DNA from: Macrostomum hystrix
Lineage: Eukaryota; Animalia; Platyhelminthes
Length of the DNA: 64,000 bases
Assembly (NCBI GenBank): GCA_950097015.1
Contig: CATNEN010000038.1
Coordinates: 17,918,001 to 17,982,000, forward strand
Direction: 5' to 3'
In this document: piece by piece, positions 1-12,907 of the stretch
Layout of the letters: every line of letters starts with the position of its first letter
How positions within the stretch are numbered: position 1 is the first letter of the stretch
Made by a program: the position numbers and the translations under genes
The notes under the pieces: generated by a model
Told to the model about the DNA's origin: nothing
What the model saw: the letters and a program-made list of their open reading frames with translations, nothing else
The model's database searches: none

Positions 1-530
1 ATCCAGTGACTCTATCCAATCACCTCTATACAATGACCTATATCCAATTACCTCTATCCAATTACCTCTATCCAATGACCTATATCCAATCACCTCTATA
101 CAATGACCTATATCCAATTACCTCTATCCAGTGACTCTATCCAATCACCTCTATACAATGACCTATATCCAATTACCTCTATCCAATGACCTCTATCCAA
201 TGACCTATATCCAATCACCTCTATACAATGACCTATATCCAATTACCTCTATCCAGTGACTCTATCCAATCACCTCTATACAATGACCTATATCCAATTA
301 CCTCTATCCAGTGACTCTATCCAATCACCTCTATACAATGACCTATATCCAATTACCTCTATCCAATGACCTCTATCCAATGACCTATATCCAATCACCT
401 CTATACAATGACCTATATCCAATTACCTCTATCCAGTGACTCTATCCAATCACCTCTATACAATGACCTATATCCAATTACCTCTATCCAATGACCTCTT
501 TCCAGTGACCTCTATCCAATGACCTCTGGC
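1..530. repeat. Intronic minisatellite, 13-14-bp monomer (ATCCAATGACCTCT) with a ~55-bp higher-order unit
   Basis: Recurring order atccagtgactct/atccaatcacctct/atacaatgacctat/atccaattacctct. Decays by ~650 and lies upstream of the HAT1 acceptor at 905. Confidence 0.95.
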
Positions 531-905
531 GGATGAACACCATCCAATGACCTGTATTCAAAGAGCTCTATCCAATCACATCTATCCAATGGCCATTACC
601 TATTGAACACTATCCAATTATCTTAATCCAATGGCCTCTGTTGAAACCGACAATAAAAGTTTACTATCCAGTAACTCTATCATAAAACATGCTTCCTATT
701 AACCACGTGGGCAATAGAACTGAATCTTTTAAACACTTACGTAATCAAACGCAATTTGAATTTGGCAATTAACTGATATATAGCTAAATATGAGAGACAC
801 TGGAGACAAAAATTATAAAAGTCTAAGAAACTCTGTTATTTATACTTTTGTTTTCCAAGTTTTAAAATATTAAGTTTGTTTATCCGAAAAAACTGGCCTA
901 CTCAG

Positions 906-1842
906 GTACTACGCCTACCCAGATAAAGTGCGGCCTCGAATCAGCCAGTTCATTGTCCTGCCGCCCTACCAGCGCCGCGGCCAAGGTGTCCGTCTACTGG
1001 AGGCGTTCTACGCCGACTGCCTCGCCGATCCACGCGTTCTAGACGTCACAGTTGAAGATCCCGTTGACACATTTCAACGCCTGCGTGACTTTGTTGACTG
1101 CCGCAACTTGCTCTCTATTGCTCCAGAGCTTTTTGCCAACCCGGCTGTGCTGTCTGCCGGCTTCACAGAGACCATGGCAACTGTTGCTAGGGAGCGACTG
1201 CGTCTGAATAAACGACAGGCCAGGCGATGCTATGAGATTCTGTGGCTGCGGTGTACCAACAGGTTTGAGAGCACTACTGATTCTAGTATTATGTGATTTT
1301 AAAAACATTTAAAAGTGAATACAAAGTACATTCTAATGTACATTTAAGAGACATTTAAATTACATTCTAAAGTACGTGTTAAAACTAACTTTTAAAGTAC
1401 ATGTTAAAAGTACATTTCAAAGTACGTGTTAAAAGTACATTTCAAAGTGCGTGTTAAAAGTACATTTCAAAGTACGTGTTAAAAGTACATTTCAAAGTAC
1501 ATTCATTCGCCCAGGTCTGATCCGGCAGCCTGGCGCTCCTATCGCCTATCGGTAAAGAGCCGACTAAATCAGCCGTTTCGAAAGTCAGGCCGCGAACTTG
1601 AACGCGCCAAAGCTGCCCTGGAATCCGACGAGCTGCAGGCCGTGATGGGCGGCCTGAGCCGGCAACAGCGGATCAGCCACCTTGCCGAGGCCTTCGACCA
1701 GCTCGCCGCCGACTATGGCCAGGTGCTAGATCGGCTAGCAGCTTCCTGCCCGCATCCCGGCGTCTGCACCGTTGGTAATGGCGACGGCAAAGAGAAGACT
1801 CAAAACGGCAGCGCTGACTCCTGCCCAATCGACTGCCGTTGA
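906..1842 (+). CDS. HAT1: Histone acetyltransferase 1 (type B catalytic subunit), last two coding exons 906-1262 and 1515-1842; 5' part is outside the window
   Basis: YYAYPDKVRPRISQFIVLPPYQRRGQG (GNAT motif A), VLDVTVEDP..FQRLRDFVD, RLNKRQARRCYEIL and YRLSVKSRLNQPF match HAT1. Sites ctcag|G (905/906), AG|gtttga (1262/1263) and ccag|G (1514/1515) are phase-consistent. Confidence 0.92.
1320..1500. repeat. Short intronic tandem repeat (AAAGTACATTTCAAAGTACGTGTTA-like)
   Basis: Visible repeats inside HAT1 intron 1263-1514. Confidence 0.85.
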
Positions 1843-1927
1843 TGTGGACTGTTGAGAAAGATTCGACTTCTTGTCTGTCGGCAGCTTGCGTCATTTGTAG
1901 TAAGCAGAAAAATTGTTTTTAGCCTCC

Positions 1928-2575
1928 CATGACTTTAGATTGATTGGTCATAGTCACCTATGACTTTAGATTGATTGGTCATAGTCACCTATGACTTTAG
2001 ATTGATTGGTCATAGTCACCTATGACTTTAGATTGATTGGTCATAGTCACCTATGACTTTAGATTGATTGGTCATAGTCACCTATGACTTTAGATTGATT
2101 GGTGATAGTCACCGATGACTTTAGATTGATTGGTCATAGTCACCTATGACTTTAGATTGATTGGTCATAGTCACCCATGACTTTAGATTGATTGGTCATA
2201 GTCACCCATGACTTTAGATTGATTGGTCATAGTCACCTATGACTTTAGATTGATTGGTCATAGTCACCTATGACTTTAGATTGATTGGTCATAGTCACCC
2301 ATGACTTAAGATTGTTTGGTCATAGTCACCTATGACTTAAGATTGATTGGTCATAGTCCCCTATGACTTTAGATTGATTGGTCATAGTCCCCTATGACTT
2401 TAGATTGATTGGTCATAGTCACCTATGACTTTAGATTGATTGGTCATAGTCACCCATGACTTAAGATTGTTTGGTCATAGTCACCCATGACTTTAGATTG
2501 ATTGGTCATAGTCACCTATGACTTAAGATTGATTGGTCATAGTCACCCATGACTTAAGATTGATTGGTCATAGTC
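1928..2575. repeat. 31-bp minisatellite ATGACTTTAGATTGATTGGTCATAGTCACCT, ~21 copies
   Basis: Near-perfect tandem units. Each junction can form the hairpin GTCATAG-tcac-CTATGAC. Confidence 0.97.
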
Positions 2576-3264
2576 TGCAATCAATTTTCCTGCACTCCAT
2601 TATTCCAGGCCGGACGTGTGGACACTCAGCTTAGTGTCCGTCAGCCAGTCGTCGATGATTAATATTGAACTGAATTAATCGCAAGACAATGATAACAATG
2701 GCTCAGTAAGCCAGTTTTTATTTTGTTCCTAATTAGTATGCTTCGCATTTCATACCCATCATTTTAAGCAAGCAGTCGTATTTATTACTAATAGAAAAAA
2801 TATTTTTGTCGAAAACACATTTCATCTATTTTTAGTTTTTTCCTATACTCGTATCTGCTACTGAATACTAATGGTTAGTAAGTAGTAGCATCGTTTGGAT
2901 AAAGTTATTACAAGCAGGTTTTAATTGTTTATTTAGATTTGCTTTTATTTTAGCAAACAAATATTAAGTTATTCGCGCATTCTATATATTTTAAATAATA
3001 GTATATTTTCCTATCGCATTTCTAATAGTTGTGTGCTACTTTCTTCGTAATAATACATTTTAGTACCTAACTTATTATAAGTTACCCTACTAAATGCTTA
3101 ACAACTGTTTGTGACTGGGTTTTTTCGTTAAAATACATAATGTCAACAGTGCCACAAACATTTGTTCATATCGTCGTAATCAAAGTTAAGCACGAAACTT
3201 TTAACAGAGTGCTAAAAATTTAACTTTGTTTTCTGCTAAAAATAATAACCACATGTCCGTTTCA

Positions 3265-3915
3265 AAGGTTTAAGCAGTTGTTTAGTAGGTAGGGGCCTTG
3301 TTAAACAGTTCTGTTAGAGAGGTTTGAGCAGTTGTTTAGCAGGTTGGGGAGCCTCGTTACACAGTTCTGTTAGAGAGGTTTGAGCAGTTGTTTAGTACGA
3401 GTAGGTTGGTGAGCCTCGTTACACAGTTCTGTTAGAGAGGTTTGAGCAGTTGTTTAGTAGGTTGGGGCCTTGTTACACAGTTCTGTTACAGAGGTTTGAG
3501 CAGTTGTTTAGCAGGTTGGGGCCTTGTTACACGGTTCTGTTACAGAGGTTTGAGCAGTTGTTTAGTAGGTTGGGGAGCCTCGTTACACAGTTCTGTTAGA
3601 GAGGTTTGAGCAGTTGTTTAGTAGGTTGGGGCCTTGTTACACAGTTCTGTTACAGAGGTTTGAGCAGTTGTTTAGTAGGTAGGGGCCTTGTTACACAGTT
3701 CTGTTACAGAGGTTTGAGCAGTTGTTTAGTAGGTTGGAGCCTTGTTACACAGTTCTGTTACAGAGGTTTGAGCAGTTGTTTAGCAGGTTGGGGACTTGTT
3801 ACACAGTTCTGTTACAGAGGTTTGAGCAGTTGTTTAGTAGGTTGGGGCCTTGTCACACAGTTCTGTTACAGAGGTTTGAGCAGTTGTTTAGTAGGTTGGG
3901 GCCTTGTTACACAGG
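3265..3915. repeat. 54-bp minisatellite, ~12 copies
   Basis: Unit AGAGGTTTGAGCAGTTGTTTAGTAGGTTGGGGCCTTGTTACACAGTTCTGTTAC. Confidence 0.97.
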
Positions 3916-4499
3916 TTCATGAGCTGTGACCGCTGGTCTGTCGCCACTAGACTGCCCAGAGTTAATGGGCAGGTTTAAAGCAGTTTATAATTCTAGAAAG
4001 AATCTTGGCAACTGTCATTTATTTAATGCGAACAGTATATTACTCAAAAGCCCTTCAATTCCATTCTCTTCCATTGCATTGCATTCTATAATATAGAGTG
4101 GAAATATTCGCTTGTGGCTACAACTGTATATTGTTATTTGGTCACTCAGGCAGCTCAGTCTTGTTTCGAGTCTAATTGAAAAGAAACTAAAGTAAGAACA
4201 AACTTTTCATTGGTTTCCTCTAAGGCTGGTTGAAACCAGCTTTCTTATCATGAGTCCCGAATTCATGCCTTGTGAGTATTTCAGACGCATTCATCGTGGA
4301 CATGAAGTGAAAATGCTAGCAATCAAATCATTAATTTATTATTAGTTTGTTATATACACTAACTTAAAAATGAGCAGTCATTTAAACTAGGTTATCTGCG
4401 CCAACTACGAGATTTATAGTGCCTAAGCATTGGATCCAGGTTGTAATTCGAAGGGTCAAGGTTAGATTCCATTGGGTATAAATAAAAACCTTATAAAAA

Positions 4500-4845
4500 C
4501 TATTGCAGGAGGGCTTCGGGCAACGGCACATCATTTTGTGACAGTAGACCTGCAGCCAGCGAGGAGGCAATTCTGCTCATTTCGCTGACTCCTGAGCACA
4601 CACGCACACAGATACTGTACGCAGGTGCACACTCACACAGGTGTGTACATCTGCCCTGACTTTCTCGCCGTCAAGCAGTGTACACTTTCACAGCATAACG
4701 TCTCAAGGGCATAAACTGCACGACAAGCCCCCAAGCCTTCTCTTCGCGGCTGTGCCCCAAATGAATGTGGCCTTGTCGCGGAATCGAGCTCAGGGACCTT
4801 GGTGAGAGAGGCAAACACGATAGACCGCTCGTCCACTGACCCCCA
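4500..4845 (-). mobile_element. tRNA-derived SINE, family 1 (~350 bp), near full length
   Basis: The minus strand has an A-box-like GTGGACGAGCGG and a B-box-like GAGCTCGATTCC. Homologous to the copy at 53150-53505 and to several other dispersed copies. Confidence 0.85.
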
Positions 4846-4867
4846 ACAAAGACCTTAGCTCTGTAAA

Positions 4868-5880
4868 TCTTCAATTATACCAAAAATGAAAAATATATAT
4901 ATATATACAAAATACTAAAATATAAATTTTGTTTGTTTGTTTGCAATCGATTAGCTCCGATCTTCATAATACCGATTTTCATAATTCCTTCACCAAAAGA
5001 TGTCGAATGGGCCCGAAACGGTACACATTTTTATTAAGCCTTACTTCATAACTTTAAGATTACTATGTTAACTATGTAAACTATGACTATGCTAGATTAT
5101 GTTGATAATGTTATGTTGATCAGATAAACTGATAGACATCTGGGCACAACATTTAGGCAAACGAATGATCTCGTTGTAAGCGCTTGAAATGCTATGAAAT
5201 TCTATACGCTCAACTGGAATGGCCCCAAAACTGGCCATGCAGTTCAACCCAGCGGTTTAGTTAAACTCGACCTCCTGCGAACAATGAAGCTGAGTCCGAG
5301 GGGTCAACAGGTCTAAGCTGCGTGTCAAAAGCACACGGACCATACTTGGTTGGACAGAGAAGATGCGTAGCGACACAAGAAGATACTAATTCCGCTTATT
5401 TTTACTAGACTAAACCTAACCATCTTACAATGAATGAGTTTGTCTGTTAAATAATATCTGAAAAGCTATTTTCTGCACACTCAGAATTCGGCCTCGGGCC
5501 CCAGTGCGTTAATTTTAATACGTTGCTGTCGTTGGAAAATAGCAGGAGAAAAAACATTTTATACTCGGCACTAGACTGACAGATATTAGCACAAAACACT
5601 GACACTTATCAAGGCACAACAGTGTCAGATATCGAGGCTGACAGTCAAAGCACAGCACTGACAGCACTTACAAAGGCGTAGCAGAAGATGATATGAACAA
5701 GAACCAACATGAATGTTGCCGATGGATAGATAAATTTCTCACCGATAAACAATAAGAATTACCGAGCTTGGTCAGCATTTGAATAAAACTGGTGCATTGG
5801 TCGATGCTACTTTAGCATCGGGCACTAATAAGATTCCGATTTTCCGCTTACCCTCCCCCTAAGGGGGTAGCAATTGCTAG
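4868..5880 (+). mobile_element. Non-autonomous Helitron 1
   Basis: 5' TC...TCAATTATAC followed by (TA)n and TTTG repeats. 3' hairpin CCCCC-TAA-GGGGG ~10 nt before the terminal CTAG at 5877-5880. Confidence 0.7.
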
Positions 5881-6693
5881 TCAATTATACTAAAAGGATA
5901 AGTGTCTAGATATGTCGATTCACATTCACAAAGTGTAAAAAAGTGGTCTTGTCGTTGAATATCGGATAGCGAATGCGCTATCCAATTTTTGCGCATTAAT
6001 TTTTCTAAATTAGTTTCCTTTTTAAATAGGATGGTGCAAGTTAATTTTCAATTTAATTTCTTCATTCTATGGCATTAAATAATCGAAAAAGCTGCTATTT
6101 TCTGCAATACCTTTAGGTCTTTTTTCATCTTTCGAATGGGGCCCAATGCAGCCAGTTTTATTAGATTGCATCGGTGCTTTTCTCGCCCGCGAGTGTGTTC
6201 ACAGATCAGAGAGCCCGATGCTCTCAGTTGAATGGGATGGCTCGTACGTGAGTTATAGCTAGTCTCAGAGTCATAGCTGATCGAGTGATTTGATTTTAAT
6301 AAAACGTTCATATAGCAGATTTAAATGATTATGCTTTTATATTCCTCATCTCTCCTCCTCGTTTCTATCCATGAAAACTGCAGCCTATATATTGTCAAAA
6401 CTTTTCTCGATTTCGATCATTGTGCCGCTTTCTTTTCTTCTAGCTCCGAAGTTTAGTACTTTTGTGTTTTGCAGAATGCAAGTAAAATTTCTGCATCCCG
6501 TTTTTTACTGCTTCTTTTTCTTCTAATCTTCTATCATCAACAGTTAAAAACGTAAGTAACTGTTTTCTATTTTCATTTTTAAGCTCTTTTTGGGTAAGAA
6601 AAACGTTTTTCATGTGTATCAGCAAGCGTTATTCAATACAAAACTAAGGAAAGATTTTTCGAGCACAGCTGCAAGATTCAGAACTGATACGCG

Positions 6694-7240
6694 TAGTTTT
6701 TTGCGTTCAAGTTCAGAAACTGCATTCAATTAAAGAATTTGAAGAGAACATCGCCACACTGGCTGCAAGTGGCGGCTGGCAGAGACATTGCTCCAATGCT
6801 CAACGTGAATGTTGAGACAGTATGCCATTCGACGGACATTCGAAGCGACAGGAAGAAGAGAGCGTCTGCCACGTGGTAGGAATAAGCACGTCAAGTTGAC
6901 TGACCAAATTGTGGAATTCCTGGTCAACCTGGTTGAAAAAAATCCGCTGCTGACAACTGTTGCAGATGCGGGTTGTCCTTGGTTGATCAGTTTAGTGTTG
7001 AATTTCAGAACATTGTCCAATCAAGCATCTCACTGGCCCTTGATCGCCAACTGATCTCGCTAAAGATGCTTACAAAGGGATCTGATGTGCTGGAAGTGAG
7101 GATTCCCCAGACAACAACAACAACAATCTTTGATCGCTGTTCGATCCTTCCTGCAATCCATCTGTCAGGTAAATTGTTATTTCAAATCAGCGCGATCTTA
7201 AACTGAACGCAACTTTTCTGAACTTGAACGCAATAAGCTA
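6694..7240 (+). mobile_element. Internally deleted Tc1/IS630-like transposon remnant nested in Helitron 2
   Basis: 19-bp inverted repeat TTGCGTTCAAGTTCAGAAA (6701-6719) / TTTCTGAACTTGAACGCAA (7215-7233). The internal peptide TFEATGRRERLPRGRNKHVKLTDQIVEFLVNLVEKNPLLT resembles the Tc1/IS630 HTH linker region. No DDE domain. Confidence 0.65.
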
Positions 7241-7294
7241 TATTTTAAGCATAGTTATTAGTGTTATTGTTTATTTTTAACTTTAACGTTTTTA

Positions 7295-7870
7295 GCATGG
7301 CTGTTATCATTATCCAGGGATAGCATGAGATTTCCAGGGTTTAGCATGATATATCCAGGGGATAGCATGGGGTTTGGAGGAGAAAGCATACGATTTTCCA
7401 GAGGGAAGCATGAGTTTTCCAAGAGAAAGCATGCATTATCCAAGGGAAATCATGAATTACGGAGGGGGAAGCATAAATTATAGTTGAGAAGCATGTCTTA
7501 TCCAGAGGGAAGCATGAATTATCGAGTTGGAAGCACGAAATAATTGAGGGTTCGCATGATTTATTACCCAAGCGTAGCATGATTTATCAGGGAGGCAGCA
7601 TTATCTATCGAGAGTGTAGCACAAAAGTTTCGATAGGACAGTATAAATTATCGAGGGGCACAGCATTATTTTTTAGGGGGTTGCAAATATTAACGACGGC
7701 ATTGAATGCTTTTTCAAGGGGGTAGCATAGCGTATTGACTAGGTAGCAAAAATTATCGAGGGGTAGCAGGAATTTTCGAGTGGTAGCTTAATTCATCGAG
7801 GGGGTATAATGAGTTATCAAGAGATTATTGAAAATTAGCATGATTTATTTATGGAAAGGGTAGCTTACAT
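7295..7870. repeat. Degenerate ~21-bp tandem repeat (ATCCAGGGGTAGCATGATTTT-like) inside Helitron 2
   Basis: Periodic AGCATGA/GAGGGG motifs. Confidence 0.75.
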
Positions 7871-7995
7871 ATTTGCACAGATATTTCCATGCAAGTTTAA
7901 GCTCCCTAAAGGGGGGGCATAGTTGCTAGTTAAAACAAAAAAGTAAGGCCTTTCGCATGCATGAACAAGTAATTGTACAAAACAACTAGTGCACA

Positions 7996-9938
7996 TCAAA
8001 ATATTTCGTCAGACATAAAAACATTCGGCAGAACATCGCGAATGTCTAGGGCGCTATAAAAAAATTGTGTGGAATTTTTCGGATCGTAAGCACTTCGCAG
8101 CTTCATAACGTCATGAATAGCGTACGGTATGTCTCTTCTATCAGTGACAGGATCCAGATTGTCCAAATCCTTGCAGTATTCTTTGAACTGGTTCGCAGCA
8201 TTAGCAGATTTCCTGACGTCTTGGCACGAACTATTTAGCTGGGAGATCCAGTAGGGCTTGTGCAAAGTGGTGATGCCGCTGAAACTGTTGTTAGGAAAGG
8301 CGTCAAAGGTCCTGGATGGCGGTACGAATACCATGCCAGCAGGGTTGCTCTCCGCTGGGAAGTCAGTGGAGTACAGCTTCAGCATGTTCGTTAGTCCCAA
8401 TGGTCCGGCGAATTCCATAGCAGTTTTGGCTGGATTGGCGGCCAGTTGTAGGAGGCAGAATAGAAAGAACGGGTGTTTCGGCTCGGAGATCATGAACGCA
8501 GGATTGCTTAGCGTCTGCGGAGGCCACTGCTTCATGCCGAAATGAACCATTCCGATGGCCTCATTGGTTATGGGTACAACAGCCGGGTACTTCAGAAAGT
8601 AGTCCAACGGTCGCACCAGTACATAGTCCAGGTCAGCGTAGACGCCTCCGAACTGTACAGAGCGAAGTGGATAATTACATGCGGATTTAATTGGTTGAGC
8701 ACGCACTCTCACAGGTGTATATACGAGTATGTTCAATGTTTAGACTGCTTCTCTGGGGATTGGCCCTCATGTGCGTAAAAAATCAGCTAATCATATTTCA
8801 AGTCGGCACTTCCATATTGACTGAAGAAGTAAATAATTTGTTATACTGTGATGACTTTAACATACAACATTGAATTATACTCGAGTCGTGTAGTGACTGA
8901 TCGTCTTGAGCGAATAACTTTAAATGGCCATGGATAATGACTTAAGCCCTGATGGCATGCTTCTAAAGGGTGGGATGGTAGATCAAAACCATTGTAGAGC
9001 GATGATAGTAACTTAGTAAGTAACTTACAAGATTAATTTTTATGTTACAGCCGTTTGCATCCGAAGGCTGCGTACGGCTGTTGGGGGGATGCCATGCACC
9101 CTCGATTACCCCAGCAGGATGAATTGAAGCAAAGCAAAATGTGCACTGTACTGATTTCCAGTTTCTTGCCAAAGGGCACAAATTTTTCTAGTGGATTCAG
9201 GAATGGAACCCGCGACCTTCAAATCGTGAGTCAAGGCTATCAAGACTTGAGGATATTTGTGCAAAGTCGCTGTATTTCCAGCGAATCGACCCGTTTCCAT
9301 TTTTTAACTTGAATTTTACGTCGTTATTTGTGTATTTTTATCTAGTCTGTTTGTAGCGAAAAATAGAACAAATTTCTAGTAAAAATGAAATATTTGAAAA
9401 GTGCAAAATAAAACAAGAGGCCACTCACAAAGTGCAGAATCATGTAGCGAACCATGTCCACCCGCATGATCTGCTCATTAATAGATTTTAGCTTACGCAG
9501 CATGCCAGAATAGTGCTTGGTAACAAACTTTTCCATGTCTTGATCGCGCCACAAAACGTACTTCCAATCGGGCTGAATTGCAGTCCAGGTCTTGAGCTGT
9601 TTAGCAAAGTAGGCCGACACTCGATCGGACTTCCACTGGATGTGTCGGATTCTAGGAACTCGCTCCACTCCATCTGTCAGCGATTCGAATGCTCGCAGGC
9701 ACTCTCGTGTTCGGCACACAGTGCCGAAGCGGCGAGCAAAGGCAACCATATCTTTCCCAAGTCTTGCCGCTGGTCCCGATTCTTTCGATGCTTCATGTTT
9801 CGCCTTGCCAAGTCTCAGTGATGCTTCATTCCAAGCTTCTGAGCTACTTTTCTGACTCGGATTGTCTAGTACGAGAAAAGCTGCCGATACAAGCAGCGCT
9901 ATCACGATGCAAAACATACACGCTCTGCATTTTCGCAT
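7996..9938 (-). CDS. GT32 family DXD glycosyltransferase (SUR1/OCH1-like, Gly_transf_sug), type II membrane protein, ~388 aa; exons 9938-9429 and 8652-7996
   Basis: N-terminal TM (CMFCIVIALLVSAAFLVL), VPRIRHIQWK, PDWKYVLWRDQD, RVDMVRYMILHF|FGGVYADLDY, NPAFMISEPKHPFF, FAGPLGLT. Phase-0 intron gtgagt...ctgtacag. Confidence 0.88.
9045..9250 (-). mobile_element. tRNA-derived SINE family 2, degenerate copy in the GT32 intron
   Basis: Minus strand reads TTGAAGGTCGCGGGTTCCATTCC and AACAGCCGTACGCAGCCTTCGGATGC, shared with the copies at 17752 and 20772. Confidence 0.7.
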
Positions 9939-9992
9939 GGTTGACGATAATTCTGAAAAGAAAATTAGATTTACTTGGCTATTCAAATTTTC

Positions 9993-10182
9993 GTGACTGA
10001 AAAGTGTTCTTAAGCATGCTTCAAGCGTACATTTACTCGCAAAAGCGTGAGAAGCGGGGGGGTTAACGTTACAGTAATTCCACTTGCACTGACTGATTCC
10101 ACTTCCACGTGACTGAAAAGTGTTCTTAAGCATGCTTCAAGCGTACATTTACTCGCAAAAGCTTGAGAAGCGGGGGTTACAA
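9993..10182. repeat. ~116-bp direct tandem duplication; second copy interrupted by the P-like element
   Basis: GTGACTGAAAAGTGTTCTTAAGCATGCTTCAAGCG... occurs at 9993 and 10108. The continuation TTACAGTAATTCCACTTGCACTGA resumes at 12910. Confidence 0.9.
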
Positions 10183-12907
10183 CAAGGACTTACTAAACAA
10201 CACAGGACGTTGCAATCGCGTTTTGTGCAAATTTTTCAGAAGGCTGGCTAACTGATACTAAAAGTCTATGGCATATGCTTTATTAAAATATGCACGTAGC
10301 TCAATACGCTCGTAGGAACTTTCAGGCAAATATTTTAGGAGTCAAAATGTGTATCTAAATGAACATTTTTACGAATTCTGTGCAGTATCCGTCGCACAGA
10401 TTGCAGTATGGAGTGTTACAGGTATTAAATGAAGCAGACACAAGAAACTAAAGTATATACTGTACTAACATATGGCACTACCAAACAAAAAACTAAACCA
10501 AACAAGGAAATCAGAACCAAACATACGGCATATTTGCAACGGACTTAGTTTTGAATGTACAATCTTGCGTAAAACTACCAAGGCTGTCATAATATTTAAT
10601 GTAGCAAAACTAGCGTGTTGACAGCAACTTTCTCAGTCTTCTTTCATTAGCTCCTGTTTGTAACCTGGGTACTTCAGTCTCTCTACGCACGAATCCCTTA
10701 AAAAAACAATTTGATAGTCTTCGAGAAACTTGATCCAGCTTTATTGGACCAACCGGTACGTCAAGAAACGACTCGAAAATAAGCAAAAAGACTCGAACGA
10801 TGTAATTGACGCATTGCTGCTTGTCAAGAAATACGTTTAGCAAAAGCAGGCGTACACTACCAGCCATTCCGGTGGATATCTGAGTCTGTCTTCAGGTAGG
10901 CTATCTCGCCCCGGCTCCGGCATCCTTGGAAAGTTTTCCTTATGTGCTATGTAACCACAAATGTAGTAGATGGATGCCCTCTCTTCTGAACTTAGGTGGT
11001 CGACTCGGATATGTAGATCATAAAATTTCCTCACGTCAGCATCTGCTCCGCAACACTCGGACTCACCGTGGTCAACCTGATCGCATTGAAGCTCGCTGTA
11101 GATCTGCATTCGACGTGAGCGTGCACTAGAGAGAATTTGCTGGATGGCATGATGCTGGCTTCAGTGTTGTTGGTCATACAATGTGATTGCGCGACTGTTC
11201 TTCGATCTCCACAATGTGCCTCCACTTAGCTCTGAGTTGAGCTTTATCTTCACATTCAACGAAATCTATTTCCCTGTAGGCTTTTGTGTACCAGTTGTTT
11301 CTTATGTTTTTTAGCAGGTGCACAGTGTCAAATAAAAGAAATAGCGGTTGGTTCGCGTCTATCGGATTTTGCACTATCCATGGCGTCGAATCGCCAGATT
11401 GGAACAAGCGAAAGCACCGCTGATTGGTAAAGTGGTTGTCGCAAATTAGGCTGACTACTGTGCCTCCGAATTGCTTAATGATTCCAATGAGGCGAACCAC
11501 TTGATTGTGCAAAAATTCTGCCTGTAGGCTGAAGATTGGTACCAACCGGGCAACAAATGCAGATGCACCCGTGAATGGCTTCACCATTATAGGCTGAACA
11601 GTTCGTGCTTTCTGGTCAGGGGCATCCTCTGCAGAGCCAATGACATGACAACCTCGGAGGCGTAGAGATGGTTTGACATAAACCTCGTCAAAAATGATTG
11701 AGCAGTATCGCTGGTTTAGTGTATAGTGCTGAAATTGAGCCTCAATAGTCTTTATACAATCACTGTCTGATCCCACTGTGCCGAGACCTCCAAGGTGTCT
11801 TCTCAATGTCGCAGGATGCGGTAGGTGTAAGGTTTTTCTGCAGACACGGTAGCTCTGACGGCTTGAAAAGTACAAAGTTGCAGACATTAGAATGTCTTTA
11901 GATTCATATCTTGTGTTGGCAGACGACGTAAAACATAGCTCAACTTGCCTAGCAATGAACACACACGGACTGCTGAACTTGTCGTTCTTGTACAATGAAG
12001 AAATTGACTCTGAACTCCTCCCGCTGCGCCATCCATTCTCCACTCGAAACAAAACTGAGTGTAAAAGCAGTCAGGAGGAAATTCGCCCATGAGACGATTT
12101 TATCAGCAGCATTGAATGTAGAGAGCTCATCAGGCGAGCGATTGCGCTCATTTATAAGAACGCTGCGCTGCTTTGAGCGCCTCAATTTTTCTGAAAGGTA
12201 ATATTAGTCACGTAATAGGCGAACAGTATAACTCAACTCATGTCAGTAGTAAGAAACCTTGTCCTAACTTACTGGACACCGTCTGACGAAAGGAACTGGC
12301 TGGAGCGCAATGAAACACAGATGGTGGATCAATCGGACGTGTGTGATTCTTCACCTTGAGCATCCGTGCGTTCTCCGGCCAGTGCTTTTTACAAACACCC
12401 ATCTACTTTGTTGCTTTCTGTGTACGATTAACACTGCAACGGTCAATTACAAAAAAGGTTGACTTAAAAAACATTCCGTTTACACATTAAGTTTATATAG
12501 TTGACATTTTGATGCTCACCGATGAGTACGTCGGCATAGCCATCATCCAAATGCTCGCTTCTCGTTCATCCCGCGGGAAACTATATACAGTACATCTTTC
12601 TCCACTGTCGTAGTTGCTCTTGCAGCCTTACACGCAGCACTTTCTTGTCATGATGCGAAAACCAAAGAAATCACGCTAGCATCTGTCTTCTGCAGGACTA
12701 AGAAAACTAATAACGAACTGAGATAGAAAAGCAGACTTGGACAACTAAAAGTAAAAGGCTAAACTATAAATATGCGTTCCTTTTGAGGTACGTGAATTTA
12801 TTATATAATAAAGCATATGCCATAGACTTTTAGCATCATTTAGCCAGCCTTCTGGAAAATTTGCACAAAACGCGATTGCAACGTCCTGTGTTGTTTCGTA
12901 GTCCTTG
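10183..12907 (-). mobile_element. P-element superfamily (THAP9-like) DNA transposon with decayed transposase
   Basis: ~100-bp TIRs (CAAGGACT...CATATGCTTTATTA) at 10183-10285 and 12806-12907. 8-bp TSD GGTTACAA/GGTTACAG. THAP-like N-terminus from ATG 12651 (MTRKCCV*GCKSNY..FP..W; VCKKHW..PSVF). Transposase motifs LHLPHPATLRR, IIFDEVYVKP, LICDNHFTNQ, LFDTVHLLKNIRNNW, IYYICGYIAHK. Confidence 0.92.
10610..12651 (-). pseudogene. THAP9/P-transposase pseudogene
   Basis: In-frame TAA at 12628-12630 and several broken frames (11174-12052, 10837-11109, 10610-10867). Confidence 0.85.

Larger units (their letters stand above)
5881..7929 (+). mobile_element. Non-autonomous Helitron 2, head-to-tail with Helitron 1
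   Basis: Begins TCAATTATAC immediately after the CTAG of Helitron 1. Ends with hairpin GCTCCC-TAAA-GGGGGGGC, then ATAGTTGCTAG|T at 7929/7930. Confidence 0.7.

Noticed and set aside
1928-2575. 31-bp palindromic repeats (also 26440-27750) as CRISPR arrays
   Set aside because: Units are contiguous with no unique spacers, there are no cas genes, and the context is eukaryotic.
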